Shown: piece after piece, positions 1 to 14,495 of the stretch
Layout: the number at the start of each line of letters is the position of its first letter
Numbering within the stretch: the stretch's first letter is position 1
NCBI GenBank assembly: GCA_964106915.2
Contig: OZ066931.1
DNA length: 64,000 bases
Reading direction: 5' to 3' (one strand)
From: Podarcis gaigeae
Taxonomy: Eukaryota
The notes under the pieces: generated by a model
Databases searched by the model: none
What the model was told of the DNA's origin: nothing
Seen by the model: only the letters and a program-made list of their open reading frames with translations
Translations under genes and position numbers: made by a program

Positions 1-914
1 ACATCAACAAGCTCAGTTAGGGTTTTAGAGATCCCTAAAGAATATAACTTTTATATATCCAAACTAAGAGTTAGCACCTCAGCTTTCTAAAGCGGGACTG
101 TTTCACGTTATGTATTTCGAAAAACCAACATTCTACCAAAGACACTCAAGTTTTAGGATGTCAAACCATACAGTACTATTAATAATGAGAGCTAAGAATT
201 TCCAGCAACCACCTGTTCCTTAGTTTTCAAAGTTAGTGGAAAGTAGCTTATGATATCACTCTGTTAAATTTCCAATAATCAAAATTGGGGAAATAAAAAA
301 GTCTGCCTGCCCCAGAAATGTACAGCATCAATTAATTCTGAAGCAACATTAGGGGTGAGGGAGGATAACGTGAATATTGATGGGAAGAGACCAGGCATAT
401 GTCATGAACAGCCACATACTGTATATGTGCAATTCACAGGCATATTCCTGATAAAACAGTCATTTACTTGAAAAGTCCTCCAAAAAAAAATCTGGACAAA
501 GCAGGGTACTCTACTAAGTTAACAGGTAAAAACAGGAAGCTATTGCCAGCACTAAAAAGGGAAATATTTTCCAGATCTGATATTTTACATATTTAGACAC
601 TCTGAACTATGCAAAGAATGTTAAGCATTTACTTATGGCAGCAAGATTATCTATAGCAAACAAGAGAAAGCTCAGTATTTCTCCAATATGGCATGCAATT
701 TCCTAAGTGCTTCATTTCATGAATGTGTCTCAAGATATAGTTCCCCCAAGATATAACATGTTTTGTACTTTTCTTTAAAGAACAGTACAACATTTTCTAG
801 GACACCTCCTAACCAGGGATTCAGAAACTAAGTACAGCTTTATTTAAGAGTAGATAGGCTAGGGGAGATACCAAGTTCATTCCTTTCAGATTCCACACAA
901 AGACATGCAACTTA

Positions 915-1019
<105 letters not shown>

Positions 1020-2190
1020 TTACAAAGGATTTTATCCCATAAACCTGTTCAGTGTTGACCACAGGCCATGTTTGTGCAATCATATCCCTACTACTTTGCT
1101 CCTTTATTTGTGTGAGCAAGCAAACCAGCTAGAAAGGTACACTTAACCAGCCTGCTCTGTCTGAACTTGAAACTATGGTTAATATCTTCTATATAAATCA
1201 CGACAGGGAAGCCAACTTTAAACTACAGCTTTCAGATCATGGCTTGGAGGCCATTAACCTTAGTTTCCTGTTTTAGACTTAATGGGAAACTATGGCTTCC
1301 AGGCTAGTTTCACCAACTGCACGGAGGGACGAGCAAAGCAGTTGTGGGCTGATGCCTGAAGGTTGCAAATGAATTGGCTTAACAGGTCAGCCATGTGAAT
1401 GCACTCACAATGTGCTACATTTTGAAGCCATGCATATTGTATACTTGAAAATTAAGTGACAAAGAGCATTCAAATCACTGGGGGTTCAGCATCTAATGGA
1501 CATGGGAAACCCATGGCCCTCCAGATGCCACTGGATGGTGTAGCTCTTTCAAAAGATATCTAGACTGAATTATTTAGCATAAAAAGTCAGCAGCTGAAAT
1601 AGTTTCCATATTTGCATTTCAAAATGCAGACAGGCATCACTGATAATAGGAACCCCATAGCCATTCTGCAAATTTATAAAAAAGGAACATAACAAATAAC
1701 AAGTTAAAGTAACCAGTAAAAGGGCAGTTTAGTTCAATACAGGACTGAATCCGTATGGTGCTAACAGGCATGCTGCTTTACTTTAAAAGGACAGTATGTA
1801 CAAAGGATTTGAAAATAATCAGTTCACATAATGCAAAATGTGAGAGGAAAACTATAAATCAAATTTAGGAAGATAATGCAGAATTAATTTTAGAAATTAA
1901 GTGTACAGTAGTAAGATTATAGTCTTAACTGTACATCCGAAAGAACTTATTTTAATGTCATACATGAAATATTTTTTTCTGCCCAAAGATTCCTCTCAGT
2001 TATTTTCATCAATGGCATATTTTTTGGGGGGACACCCTCATACAGCATTCCCTAAACCATTTCGACCATATGAAGTTTCATAATTTCTCAGCTGTGGCTG
2101 ATTAATACAAAGTCTAATGCAGGGCAGCAAACATTTAGCTAAATCTGGAAAATGCAGACAAGTAACTAATCAAATGTTAGAAAATTATAC

Positions 2191-2324
2191 CTCTGCTGTG
2201 AATCCACTTGACATTGGTGTAATGAAACCAACTCTGCCATCATTAAAGACAACAGCAAACCCATCAAGAGTAGCACAGTATTCCATGTCTTTGATGTGCA
2301 CATCTTCAAATCCCAAATATGAAC
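2191..2324 (-). CDS. RIC1: RIC1 exon 6
   Basis: taccag|...|gtataa; 134 nt; [45 protein letters not shown]; phase 1 to 0. Confidence 0.94.
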
Positions 2325-2525
2325 CTGGTAGTGAACAAGATCAATGATCAAAAAGGCCATTTTCATACTGGAAACTATTTCTTTCTTTCATCAGCCCAAG
2401 AAGTGGTACTATCCACAGCTACAGAATAGGGAAAATGTTCATGTCAGCTGTAAGGACCGAGAAAAGTAGATTTCATTTTAGTGAAGCGTTTCCCTACCAT
2501 GTACGCCCAGGCAGAGAAGTAATAC

Positions 2526-2668
2526 CTCTAGAAGAATGCAGATCCACTGAAAAGGGGACTGTGCAGAGGTTTATGGCTTTCCTTCCATTCATCATGCCAT
2601 CCCAGTGAATAAGATGCAGGAAACCATCAATAGTAGCAACAAGGAGATCCTCCAGCATGGACTGTAAG
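2526..2668 (-). CDS. RIC1: RIC1 exon 5
   Basis: ttgtag|...|gtatta; 143 nt; [47 protein letters not shown]; phase 2 to 1. Confidence 0.95.
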
Positions 2669-3698
2669 CTACAAGAAAGACACATCATTCCCCAGACACT
2701 GAGGTTGAAAGAAACAGGTCCATTCACTCAACAGAGAGAAGTACTTTTCAAGGCTTATTACATTTTTTTCATTGATTATTCCAGTTTCCTAATGAGACTA
2801 CCTCTACCAATACAGTAACTTCACCCACAGTGACTGATAAATTGTTTGTTTTTTTACACAGATAAATCTGAAAATAAAAGCAAGCATTCCTCTAATATGG
2901 GGAGCCTTTGGGGAAAGGAGGCAAACCTTCTCCCCTGCACATTTACCCTCAAGAGCACACAGTTATTCAAGTGTTATTTAAAAGACCCTTTCGGTACTGA
3001 TTTAATATTAAATGTATCTAAGAGCAAGTCTTTGAACAATGCTATCAGTCTCCTTCAACTGCCATACAAAACCTGAATTATCATTTCTTAATTCATTCCA
3101 ATTTTCCTTTCTAGAGGAGCAGAGTGTACCCTCAACTTTTCCAAAGCATGGGAATGGGCTTTTTGCATAAATATCAGAAAACAGAGGGCTTGCTAAATCA
3201 TAGAAAGTGTACAATAATAATCCAACAGCTAACTTCATCTAATGGCAGAATAAAATATTCCATAGCTGTCCTCACTTGTCATGCAAAACCATGGTTTAGT
3301 ATGATGTGCATGAGCAAGAATGAGTCCCCGTGAGCCTCTATGTGCTCTCCATCCCACCCCACATAGCTATGAAGAGTATGGTTTTAGGACGGTTTGTTAT
3401 GCTATTCTGATTGAAAAACTGTGGTTAATACTACTTATGTTGAATTTAAAACAAGCCAGCTTCAATTAGAGCTTATTATTCTAAACAGTTAATGCTGACA
3501 AGAGTTCTTGGATCAGACTGTAGTTAACCAAAATTGAAAGTAGGAGGGGAAGAGAGTGCATGCATGGTTTGGTGCAATTTCATAACGTATCTTATGTATA
3601 TCACCGCAAGATTCTCCTAGGCCATTTTTCTTTGAGAGCATCACACAGTCCCATATTCTCAAGGCCTCAAGTGTTGCATAAATGATGATTCACCATAC

Positions 3699-3806
3699 CT
3701 GGTTATAGATGCTTGCAAATCCAACACTTGCTTCTTCTCTAGATTTAATGATGGGGCACATTGTTCTTCCTTATAGTGTGGTGTTCCTTTCATATGGGGG
3801 CTTCCT
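3699..3806 (-). CDS. RIC1: RIC1 exon 4
   Basis: ttttaaag|...|gtatgg; 108 nt; [35 protein letters not shown](S); phase 2 to 2. Confidence 0.94.
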
Positions 3807-5629
3807 CTTTAAAACAAAAACAAACCCAGAACACAGAAATCAAAAAATATATCAAAGTGTGGCATACTGTAAATTTCATATTTTAGGAGAAAAACAGTGG
3901 TAGGACCTAGGGATTTTGAAAGTCTCCCTCTATCTTAAGTAGAAGTTACTTTAAATAGGGACTATTTGCACTAAAGTGAATCACTGCTCTATGTAGAAAC
4001 AATCAAATGAAGAAAAACAGCCAAAATGATAGTTGCCACAGCAATCTAAACTAAGTTCTGTTGTGCACAAGAACTGAAGGCTTTGTGAACCTGTGGGTAC
4101 AATGATCATGAATGTAGAAATATAGATTGAGGAGCAGTACCTCCTAAATAATGGGGGTTGGTGGAAGAGAGGAACTCTCAAACCTCTCCAAAGCAGGCTT
4201 CCAGAGTCTCATTATGTAAATAAGGAAGGAATGCCCACAACAAAGTAAACTTGAAATTTGCCAGCCTCCCTCTCTCACTCTCACCCCCAACTCGCAAAGC
4301 AAAGCTCAGTTTCCTTAAAAAACCCTCCCATACACACCCCTTCTCTTCTTTCAGCTCTTCTCTTCTGAAATAAGGCCTAATCCACCCCTCTCTGAAAATG
4401 TGCCTCTTTAACAGAGGAGCAAAGCACTGCTGGCTTAAACACAAGCTGCTTTGGAGGGGAAGAGTGGGCTGAAAAATCAGCTGCTTGGGGCAGAAGGACC
4501 AAGGCTGCTCTGCAGCTTATGCAAATAGTACCACAATGGAGTCAGATTCACTCTTTAGTACATCAAAAGGTCTCATGGGGAGGGCCAGAGGCTCAATAGA
4601 TGATAACTGCTTTTCAACTTTTGTGCTCCCTCAAGTCAGGGACCTTGCCCTGCCTCTCCCTAGCAAACCTTGCAACAGGAAATCTCCACTAGGTTGCAAG
4701 GGGGTGCTCCTGAGTTGCAAAAAGCGATGTGCAACCAGTTAATTTGAACACTGGGAATAATAATGGGTGTGGTCCACAACATCTGGAGGCTACCTGGGTC
4801 CCAGAGTTCTCTGGAATATAATCAAGCTAAGGAGGATATTTCTGGAATGGAAAACCAGTGCCCCCTGAAACCGATATTGTTGGGACTATGTCTCCCATCA
4901 GCCTGAGGCAGCATGGCCAAAGGACAGGGACATTCACACTTTTATTGTATGGTTTTTATCTTTTTAATGCTGTAAACTGAAATGATATATTTGTATGATT
5001 TAGCAGTAAATAAATGGGATTTTCTTTCTTTCTTTTTTTCTAGCAACATCTGAAAGATCACAGTTTCATCACTCTTCTTCTATCAGTGTAGCCAGAAGTA
5101 TATAATACTAGACTCATAGGGGTCAGAACAGTACCATCTTAGCACCTTGCTTCCACCCAGCCCCCAAATTAGAAAAAGAATCATCATGCATGCTGCAACA
5201 TGCAAAACGCATTCTAGTCAAAGGCAAAAAAACTAAACAAAATCAGGACCGAAGTCAAGAAAGCCTGTTGTGGCGTGTACACTAAGGTCTCCTCAACAAA
5301 TTTGCCCATGTGACCTTATCTCAAAGAAGAACTAGATAAGCTTAGTTTAACAAGTTTGGTGCACAGAAGAATCATAAAAAATACGCAGTCCACGTCAGTT
5401 AAGGTAGTCATACGCTTTTCAGCTCACAGCATCATCACAAATTCTTGCCTAATATGAACTTATAGTTCATTTTAACAGTGACAATGTAAGACAGAACCAA
5501 CACTGCAAAATACTTAGATATCTGCAGGTAGGAAAGGAATGATCACTAGAAGATGTTTTTAGGATGTCTTGAAGATCTAGATGATGGAAAGGCAATATAT
5601 AAAACTGTCAAAGAGCTTCCAATTTGCAT

Positions 5630-6210
5630 AGCTGCTCCTTCAGGGGGGAGTGCAACCCCATCAAGGGCAGGCAATTGACTGATTTTTCGGACATGGGAAC
5701 CACTCATCCACAGTGCCTCCACCCTGTCAAGATTCAAGAGCAGCTTATTTTCCCTCATCCATCCCACCACCGAATCCAGGCATTGGTACCAGGGCTCACA
5801 CAGCCTCTTCTGATTCACTTATTATGGAGAAATGGAGTTGTGTCAGCAATATACCTATGCATGTTGCCCCAAAGCCTTTAATGTCCATGTAGATATTAAA
5901 TAGCCCTGGGGACAGAATAGTGCCCTGCAGAACCTCAGAGCACAACCACAAGGGGGATGGAAAGGACTCTCCCAGTGCTACTCTTCGGATTTGGTCCCAC
6001 AGGTACAACCAGAAACACTGTAACACAGTGCCCCCAATTCCTAATCTATGGAACTAGCTCAGGAGATTACCATGGGCAATGGCATCGAAAGCCACAGAGA
6101 AACTGAGGAGCACTAGAAAAGCCTCTTGTCCCATTCTCTAAAGGTCAACCAAGGCAGACTCAATCCCATAGCCATGCCTAAACCCCTCTTAATCTCTGGT
6201 GTCCAATCAT
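5630..6210 (-). mobile_element. L2 LINE RT fragment (decayed)
   Basis: VLQGTILSPGLFNIYM; CLDSVVGWMRENKLLLNLD. Confidence 0.8.
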
Positions 6211-7612
6211 TACAATCTTACTAGGGGACAAGAGCTCCTAGGAGGACAGGGGAAGTGGAAACCGCAAGTGCTTCTGGAATCACTAGGCTTGAACCAAGAG
6301 AAATCAGACTGCAACCAAGGAAAAGCAGAGATCCAAAATTCTTTCCTGCCCTGTTCTTCCCCCACTCCAGCCTCAGAACCCATTCCACTCTGTTGTTCTC
6401 CTCCCCACAAATCCAATTCATAAATCTGCCTTCCCAGATAAAATTCATTCTTCCTCAAAAGAAAACCGCACATTACACTTAAAGTCTTAAATGCCTGAAA
6501 TGACCAGCCATATTATGGCATTGCTCTCTAGCAGTTGCCTGAAAACTGCTTTATTTCCTGTATAATCTTACTAGGAGGGAAGTGGACCAGAATTCAGCCC
6601 CAGGCAGTGGCAGTTCTTGTGAATATTCAGGCCAGGAAGCAGGACCTCTCAATTTCCATTCTCCCTCCTTTGGCAGCTACAACTGTGAGAGTAGCATGTG
6701 GCATATACAGGCAAGGTGCTCACAAATATGTGATGCGCTTAAATGTGCCATACAGCCTTGTGAGCCTGTTTCAATATATTGATTGCTTTGACCTTTAATC
6801 TATGAATGTATGCTGTGACAGAAAGTGGAAAATGTTTCATCTGTGTTGCCACATCAGCAATTGCGGCACTTCTGTCCAAATTAGACATCTAAAAGGGCAT
6901 TAGGAAGGTCAAGGGGGAAAGGAAGTCATGAGGAAAGTCCTGCTTATAGCGAATAAGAGACCCATACCATGCAACATCTCAGTATGTTCACAGCTTTATT
7001 TCATTTATTTAACAGTTAGGTTCTAAGTTATTAACAACAACTTAACTGAAGTATAACCAGTATAAATGTGTCCCTACTGAATTTTCCTGAATAAAATTAT
7101 GAATTTCCACATGGCATACTCAAAACATTTTTGCCTAACATTAACTTCTATTGCTATTTTTATTTGGCTTCTTTTACATTTTAATCAGCTTTCCATCACC
7201 ACATTAAAACTGAACAGTGCTCTTTATGCTCACACTGAACATGGGCTTAAAGCCAACACTGACAATCTTCCAAGTTCCACTCTGAAATGGAAGAAAGACT
7301 ATGCAGCTGGAGCAGAGCCACTTGGCTTCCTTCAAATATCAACTACTATTCATTTTTCGGTTTTACTCTAATGCAGAATACTCTAGCTGAGAAAGGCAAC
7401 AACCCCCCCTCCACTTAATGTCAATTCTGTAATTGCCAGCAAGAACACTCTAGGAAACCAGTTTCTACATAAGACCTTTCTAAATAATCAACCAAAACAC
7501 TGAATAGGTTACTTTATGTAATTCTTAAACAAGAATGTTACAATGAGAAAGTCTGAAGCGATTCTTAGCAATATACAATGTAAAGAAGTGAAGCATTTAT
7601 TGGAAGACTTAC

Positions 7613-7689
7613 TTGGGATAAACTGGCTCATAAAGATACTTGTCTCTTGCCAACGGAAGATGAAAAAACATGATGTATCCATTTTCTGT
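7613..7689 (-). CDS. RIC1: RIC1 exon 3
   Basis: tttcag|...|gtaagt; 77 nt; [25 protein letters not shown](K); phase 0 to 2. Confidence 0.94.
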
Positions 7690-7945
7690 CTGAAAGAGGT
7701 AAGATATAAAAATCAAAAAAGCACACATGTAAAATTTCTTACAGGAACTTCGAGCTATTTCAATACACTGTGCGTTCGGTATGTTTTATGGTTTTTCATG
7801 TTTCTAACATCTTTGCTTCTATTTTATTTTTGTTTGCCACCTTGGGAGGAAGGATGGGATAAAAATCTTATAAATAATAATAGTGATTTAAAGAGAAGCC
7901 CATGGATGAGACCCGACAGAAGCTCTGATTTCCCATTCCCTTCCT

Positions 7946-8273
7946 CCCCACAGAGCCTAGGACTTGCTGATCAGAAGGTAGGGTTTGAAGCCCTGTGACG
8001 GGGTGAAGTCCCGTTGCTCGGTCCCTGCTCCTGCCAACCTAGCAGTTCAAAGCACGTCAAAGTACAAGTAGATAAATAAGTAGCGCTCCGACGGGAAGGT
8101 AAACGGCATTACCGTGCGCTGCTCTGGTTCGCCGGAAGTGGCTTAGTCATGCTGGCCACATGACCCGGAAGCTGTACGCCAGCTCCTTCGGCCAATAAAG
8201 TGAAATGAGCGCTGCAACCCCAGAGTTGGTCACGACTGGACCTAATGGTCAGGGGTCGCTTTACCTTTACCTT
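7946..8273 (+). mobile_element. Sauria SINE (Squam1-type), slightly 5'-truncated
   Basis: Matches the other copies; ACCTTT tail; flanking repeat of about cttccccacag. Confidence 0.88.
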
Positions 8274-11234
8274 TCTTCCCCACAGCAGTCCCCCCAAAAA
8301 ATGCCTCTTCCAGGGATTGGGGACCCTTCTGAATGGAGATGCCTGTGGTGCAGGGGAGCTCTCCAAAGGGACAATGCCCATATAAGCACTTCGATAAATC
8401 TCATCAAGTGACATTAATAAGAAATGAAAATACGTTCATTTATGACTGAGACATATTTGCTAAGGATCTGAAATCAGCCCTAGGTCCGGAGACGCTTCTT
8501 AGCTAGTGATCAGGATGCAAGGGGGAAAGTTCATTTTAGCTACTGTTGCAATTTCGGTCATTTAATACTGGCCGAGGATGTTCCTCAAAGCGGCAAGGCT
8601 GAAGGAGAAAAATTGAAGGTTTCAAATTTCTTTCCAGGCATGGTTTCCTGTTTTTCAATTAAGGATACAGAAGCAGAAGGAGGCCATACACTTGTTAGCC
8701 TATTTCTTTAGCTATCCCGCCTAGTCACATTTCTTTGGTTTTAGAAGCAAAACTAGTAAAAATCCAAGAGAAATATATTTCTTGAAGTGCAAAGTACGTA
8801 CAAAATGAAAGTTAACACTATCTATTCCTAACTTGCCTTTACTGCTTGGTCATCTTTAAACAATTTGCACACACTAGCGCCAGTATCTTATGCCAGGAGA
8901 AAGAGCAGAAAAAACACTATGTAGAACGCTTATTCTAACATTAACTTTCTTGAATTCCATCCTCAATCTTAGTTGACAATGTTACAAGGTTCATTTCTGT
9001 TCACACGGCCTTCAAAAACAAAATATAGCTATATTTTGCTACGCAATCACAATTCAATAATGCTCCACAACTCAATGATACTGGGTAGTTTTAGAATTGC
9101 CACCAGTCACTGTGGAATTTGAGTCAAATAGCTAACTTTCACAACTGGCAAAATTCACAAAGCTTTCATCTAAATGTGTTCCATCCAAGTGAACTGAATA
9201 TGCTCGCTTCATTCATCTGCACGAAACAAGGAGAAGAGCTTAAAACGGAGAGTGGAGGTCATGCTTGCATTCTGTCACAGGTCCTTCAGACAACAGAGTC
9301 TGTCACCTCAAGTTTCCCCAATTTCAACCCCCTTTCAGAGCCAGCTCCAAGCAACTTTTAGCAATAGCTTGGAGTTTCAAGGGGGGAAATCCAGCCAGTT
9401 CAAATAAGACCCCCCAAAAAACTTTTGTTAGTCCAACTGGCAAATAAGCTTTTATTATCAGCTGCCATTTATGCTTTTGTAACCTCAAGATTAGAAAACT
9501 GCAGTATGCTGCTATGTGGCACAGCACTAAAAAATGTTCAAAAGCTTCCATTCTTGGTAGAGGTAGATCACTGATCACGTATTATTTATTCAGCATGTGA
9601 CCTGGCTCTGTCTTGTCTTTCAAGCACAATGGAAAAGAGCTAGTTTTAATGTATTTAAGACAAATAGGCTGACCACTGCATAGTTTAACAACTCATTATC
9701 ATGTTCCACTACACAGCTCATGCCTTATGCATAAGATCACAACTTTGTACTCTCTGAATAGAGCTTGGGTTGCATGCATTAACTAATTTGCCTAGCCATG
9801 GTAAATGAACAGTGTAACATCTAAGTGAAGCCAGTCTGTGCTTTTATAAGGACAGTAGCCACAGGCCAAATAGCAACAGACAAAAATGTTCACTCAAGTG
9901 TTACAGCTCAGTTTTGACAATCAAAAGGTTTAAAACATCTGGCCCAAAGGTACTATAACTGATCATGCTATCAGACAATATTGATACCAACATGTTCAAG
10001 TTTGCAGTTTGGTTTGGTGCTGCTAATATCATCCCTTTATGGTACATGCAGAGTATATGTTTAAAGATATCATTGTTTACTATGTTTCAGTGTCTATTTA
10101 ATTATCACAAGGATTTCAAATTGTAAGTGGTTTCTGAAGGATATTCATTACCACTTGAATTTACTAAAGGCCAACTTTGGTTCTAAATAAAGCCCGTGAA
10201 GAACCTAACAGTTGCAGGCTAAGATTTTTATCCTTTCTAATAAGCATGAGATGTTAGTGCTTAATGTTACTTACAATGCTTAGGAGAACAACTTTCCATA
10301 AGAAATTTACAGTCACAAAGCTAAAAACAGAACTTTGTGAACATGCAGAAGTTCACTGTCTTGTCACCAAAGAAGAGAGGGACAATTACACAAAGTAAAA
10401 AAGTGAACACTGTAAGCATGTCTACCTTTTTAAGAAATTTGCTTTAGATGTCAGTACTGCAAGCACAAGGCCTATGTGAAAATAGTTATTTATAAACTGG
10501 TTGGGGCAGGAAATCCTTGAAGAATTGAACATTCTTGTTTAGGCCAGTACATACTTGAACAAATTGAAAACATCAATGGTATGTATGAAGCTTTTGCATA
10601 TTTAAAACATCCATCTTCAGTCAAATCTTCCAAATGATAGTACGTGTTGTTTTGTTTAGGCTAACTTTGCTGTAAAAATGAATCTGTTAGAAGGGAAACC
10701 TAACCTCCTTGGTGTTTCAGAACTGAGCACAGGAACTGAGCAGTTTCTGGTGGCAGCAGCTAGATGCAGTACATTAGCAAACACAAGCTACAAAAGAAAG
10801 CTAAGCATTTAGCAATTCAGAACTGGGTAAACATGGATTCCCTAAAACATTGCTCTGCAACTCCCAAGTTCTAGACAGAAACCATGAAAATCTTTAACCA
10901 ACATTGTTCGGAAGGGGGTGGTTGTGAATTTGAATTTTTCATATAAATAAGTAGGTGTGGTGTAGGACTGTACGATAAATCCGGCATGTCTACTCACAAG
11001 CAAGCCCTACTGAATTCAATGAGGCATACTCCCAGGATAGTAGAAGTAAGTTTAGTTGAACTCAGTGCGGCTTATGCATGCAGATTCCACTTAAGACCTC
11101 TGAGTGGGGAAGCAGATGTAACCTGACTAGTAAATCACTTAAACTACTCTTAAATTAATTGAAAATGTATTAAATATATTATAGGGAAGTTTATTTAATG
11201 TTTTTATTAAATCTACTACTTCCTTACATTTTAA

Positions 11235-11432
11235 GGCCCTCCAGCGCCCCAGGGAGCCTCGTCAAGGCCCTCGGCTGCTGTGGGGAAGCATGGTGCATCT
11301 TCTGCTGCCATGGGGAGGCCCAGCAAGGCCCTCTCCTACTGGGGGAAGCGTGATGCACCCTCTGCCGCTGCAGGGAGGTATGGCAGGACCCTCTGCCACC
11401 GCGGGGAGGCCCAGCAAGGCTCTCCACTGCCG
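11235..11432. repeat. GC-rich ~30-bp degenerate minisatellite
   Basis: About six units of ggggaggcccagcaaggccctctgccgc; abuts a hAT right end. Confidence 0.7.
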
Positions 11433-11825
11433 CAAAAATATATTGTGATATATTGAGATATCATGATATTTAGCTAGTGATATACCATGATGTTGAAAAC
11501 CAGATATCACTCAGCTCCATACTCAGTCCTACTTATGGAAGACCCACTGAAATCAATCAGACTTATCATAAATAATTTAAATCATAATGAAATCAATGGG
11601 GCAAATCTAAGTATAACTATGACAGTTTTTTTTACCAATATCAGGGCACTGGAGGGCAGATTCAATCAGAGTTAGCAACACCAGGTTCACCCTAGCTGAC
11701 GGAAAGCTCAGCTGAAGATAGCATGAACTGTCACACATATTACCAGCATTGTTTCCTGGTAATAGTAAAATGACACATAATTACAGTAGATAATTATAGT
11801 AATTTAAAAACTCAAACAACCCTTA

Positions 11826-12690
11826 AGAACACAATAAAGCCTGCTGAATCAGGCCAATGGCCCATCTCAAGATGCTTAATCTCAGGGTGTGGTTTGAGCC
11901 CCATGTTGGGCAAAAGACACCGTAGGTTGAACTAGATGACCCTCGTGGTCCCTTCCAGCTCTACAATTCTACGATTCTTCTCCAGCATACTATTCTCACA
12001 GTGGCCAACCATATGTCTGTGGGGAAACTTGCAAGCAGAACATGAGAACAGCAGCACCAAACCCACCTGTGATTCCTAGCAACTGGTATTCAGAGGCATA
12101 CTGCCTCTGACAATGGAGGTAGAACACAACCATTGTGGCTCATAGCCTTGCACTCCATGAATCTGTCTAATCCTCTTTTAAAGCCAGTCACGTTGGCAGC
12201 TATCACTGCCTCTTGTGGGAGTGAACTCCATAGTCTAACTAGAAGAATATAAGAAAAACTTCTCTTTAGCCACTTTCTCCATGCCATGTATATAGACTTG
12301 TATAACGGCACTGAATTATCATCAACTTTATTTCCAATTTCTTTCCTAATAATACGTAGCATGGAATCTCCCTTTTTGAGAGCTGCTGCATCCTGGGTCA
12401 GCAGCTTCACTGAGCTATCCACTACAACCCCCAAAGTCTTGTTCCTGGTCAGTCACTGTCAATTCAGATCCCATGAGTTTATATAAGAAATTAAGATTTT
12501 TTTGCCCAACATATATCACTTCACATGTGTTTCCACTGAACTGAATTTGCTATTCTACCACTCATTCAGTCAGTTTGGAGAGGTACTTTTGGAGCACTCT
12601 ATAATCTCATTTTGTTTTAATAACCCTGAACAACTGAGTATCATCAGCAAACTTCGCCACCTCACGGCTCAGTCCTTACTCTATGTTGTT
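11826..12690 (-). mobile_element. CR1 LINE 3' fragment, interrupted at ~11870-11977
   Basis: GVVVDSS...MLRIIRKEIGNK...VRLWSSLPQEAVIAANVTGFKRGLDRFM; CR1-type 3' UTR. Confidence 0.85.
11870..11977 (+). mobile_element. tRNA-derived SINE with CR1 tail
   Basis: B-box-like GGTTTGAGCCC followed by GGTTGAACTAGATGACCCTCGTGGTCCCTTCCAGCTCTACAATTCTACGATTCT. Confidence 0.65.
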
Positions 12691-13479
12691 GACCTTTGAC
12701 TGTCTCAAAAGACAGTTTGGGGCAGTAAACTCCCTAAACGATGAGATCAAAGCTTCCCACATCTCACTTACCTTTCAGTTCCACAAATATTTCTACCCTA
12801 CTGGTTAATAAAGACCACATGTTCTGCTTATGCAGCACCCCCCCCTTACTACAAGATTTAGCTCTCCTGCCCAATTTGCACAGCAATTTGCTAACTGCTC
12901 AAGATTAGAATGTGGTGGACTTAAATTCTTATCAAAACATGCTCATTTTACAACATGCATACCTTCCTCAAAAGATTTGTTGGGCAGAGACCAGTTTTAC
13001 ATTTAAGCCAGCTCTCTGTATCACCATTCCCTTCTCACATTGGTAAGAAGCAGCTGGTAATACGAGATATATGCCTTTGTAACACAACAACTCATTTTAC
13101 TCTTGTAGGTTTCAACTACTGTACTTGCTGGTGCAAATAACCAGAAACTGTAGGGCCATGTCCACCTGGTCATACATTAAATGTCTTCGCAATCATTCTC
13201 TGGGTTTGGCTAATTTCAGACATTCATTTTTAATACATGGATAGGAAAAAGGTAACGTGAATATATCCCCTTGAGCTGTTTCCACTTAGCAACATTATGT
13301 CAGCACATATAAATTGTACATTACTGTAATCCAAAAGCATATAGTATTTGCTACGAATAAAGGATAATACTAGCATTCAGGTAAATATAATTTCTCTTTT
13401 TAAAGCATGCTGGACTCCTTTGGACATTAAACCATAATCACTATATCATAAAAACCTCCACAACAGCTCCTTTACTCAC

Positions 13480-13587
13480 CGAAACAGCTATCATGGTGCT
13501 GTCAGGCCTCCACTCTGCTTGGTCATAGGGTCCAAATTGCAATGCTGCTTTTGACGATTCTTTGTAGCTTACGATTAACACACTGGG
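13480..13587 (-). CDS. RIC1: RIC1 exon 2
   Basis: cacag|...|gtgagt; 108 nt; [36 protein letters not shown] matches RIC1. Missed by the ORF track. Confidence 0.95.
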
Positions 13588-13849
13588 CTGTGGGGAAAAG
13601 GAGATCCAGTTTAATTCTCATACCTTTCAAAGCTAACTTTTAAAACAAAACCAAGCTTATTGGATATTTTTACAGATGCAATTCTCTAAAATAGCTATAG
13701 GAAGTTTCTGGGAGACAGTAACATTATTTAACTGATTCACTTTTTTAAAAAAAAAGTTTAGCGAGCCACTTTTCAGCAAAGTATTAAGGACTGAGGCCAG
13801 GAAAAGATTTCAACTTTTCAAAAACTTCAAAATTTAGGATTAAACCCAA

Positions 13850-14495
13850 ATGATTAATGCTTCTTTGGAGGGGGGAAGATACCATTTGCCTTGAAGGAGG
13901 TGGACCCAGAGCTGTTAAATAACTATTGTCCAGTGGCAAATATCTCCTTTCTGGACAAGGTGCTTGAGAAGATGTTGGTGGTCCAGCTTTCAGGGATGCT
14001 TGACAGAAGCTGGTTGCTTGGACAGATTCAAGTGTGGCTTCAGATCTGGTTACGGCACTGAAATTGCCTTTATTTCTCTGGTTGATGACATTTATCAGAA
14101 GAGAGACAGGGGGAGGGCAACCCTTCTTGTTCTCTTTGATCTCGCAGTGGCTTTTGATACTGTTGACAACAATATGCTTCTGAGGCATCTCAGGGAGGTA
14201 GGGGTTGGGACACTGCTCTACTTCCAGGATCGTTTCCAGAAAGCAGTCATGGGAAGCTACTGTTCAGCACCATGGGAGTTTTCCTGTCGTGTCCCACAGG
14301 CTTCCACCTTGCTCCCCTTGCTATTTAACATCTATATGAAGCTCCTAGGATCAGTCACCAAGAGATTTGGAGTGAAGCATCGTCAATACGCAGATGACAC
14401 TCAGCTTTGTCTCTCTATTCAATCTTAAGTGTTGTGTTTTAATGCTGTTACCTCCCCTGAGACCTTAGGGTGAAGGGCATGTAATAAATAAATCA
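13850..14495 (+). mobile_element. L2 LINE reverse-transcriptase fragment
   Basis: GFRSGYGTEIA...LLVLFDLAVAFDTVD...VPQASTLLPLLFNIYM...QYADDTQL; TAAA tail. Confidence 0.88.

Noticed and set aside
1-900. RIC1 exon 8
   Set aside because: No sequence matching the expected next peptide with splice sites; it probably lies left of the window.
7543-7998. 151-aa plus-strand ORF
   Set aside because: Antisense shadow of RIC1 exon 3 running into a SINE; no domain.
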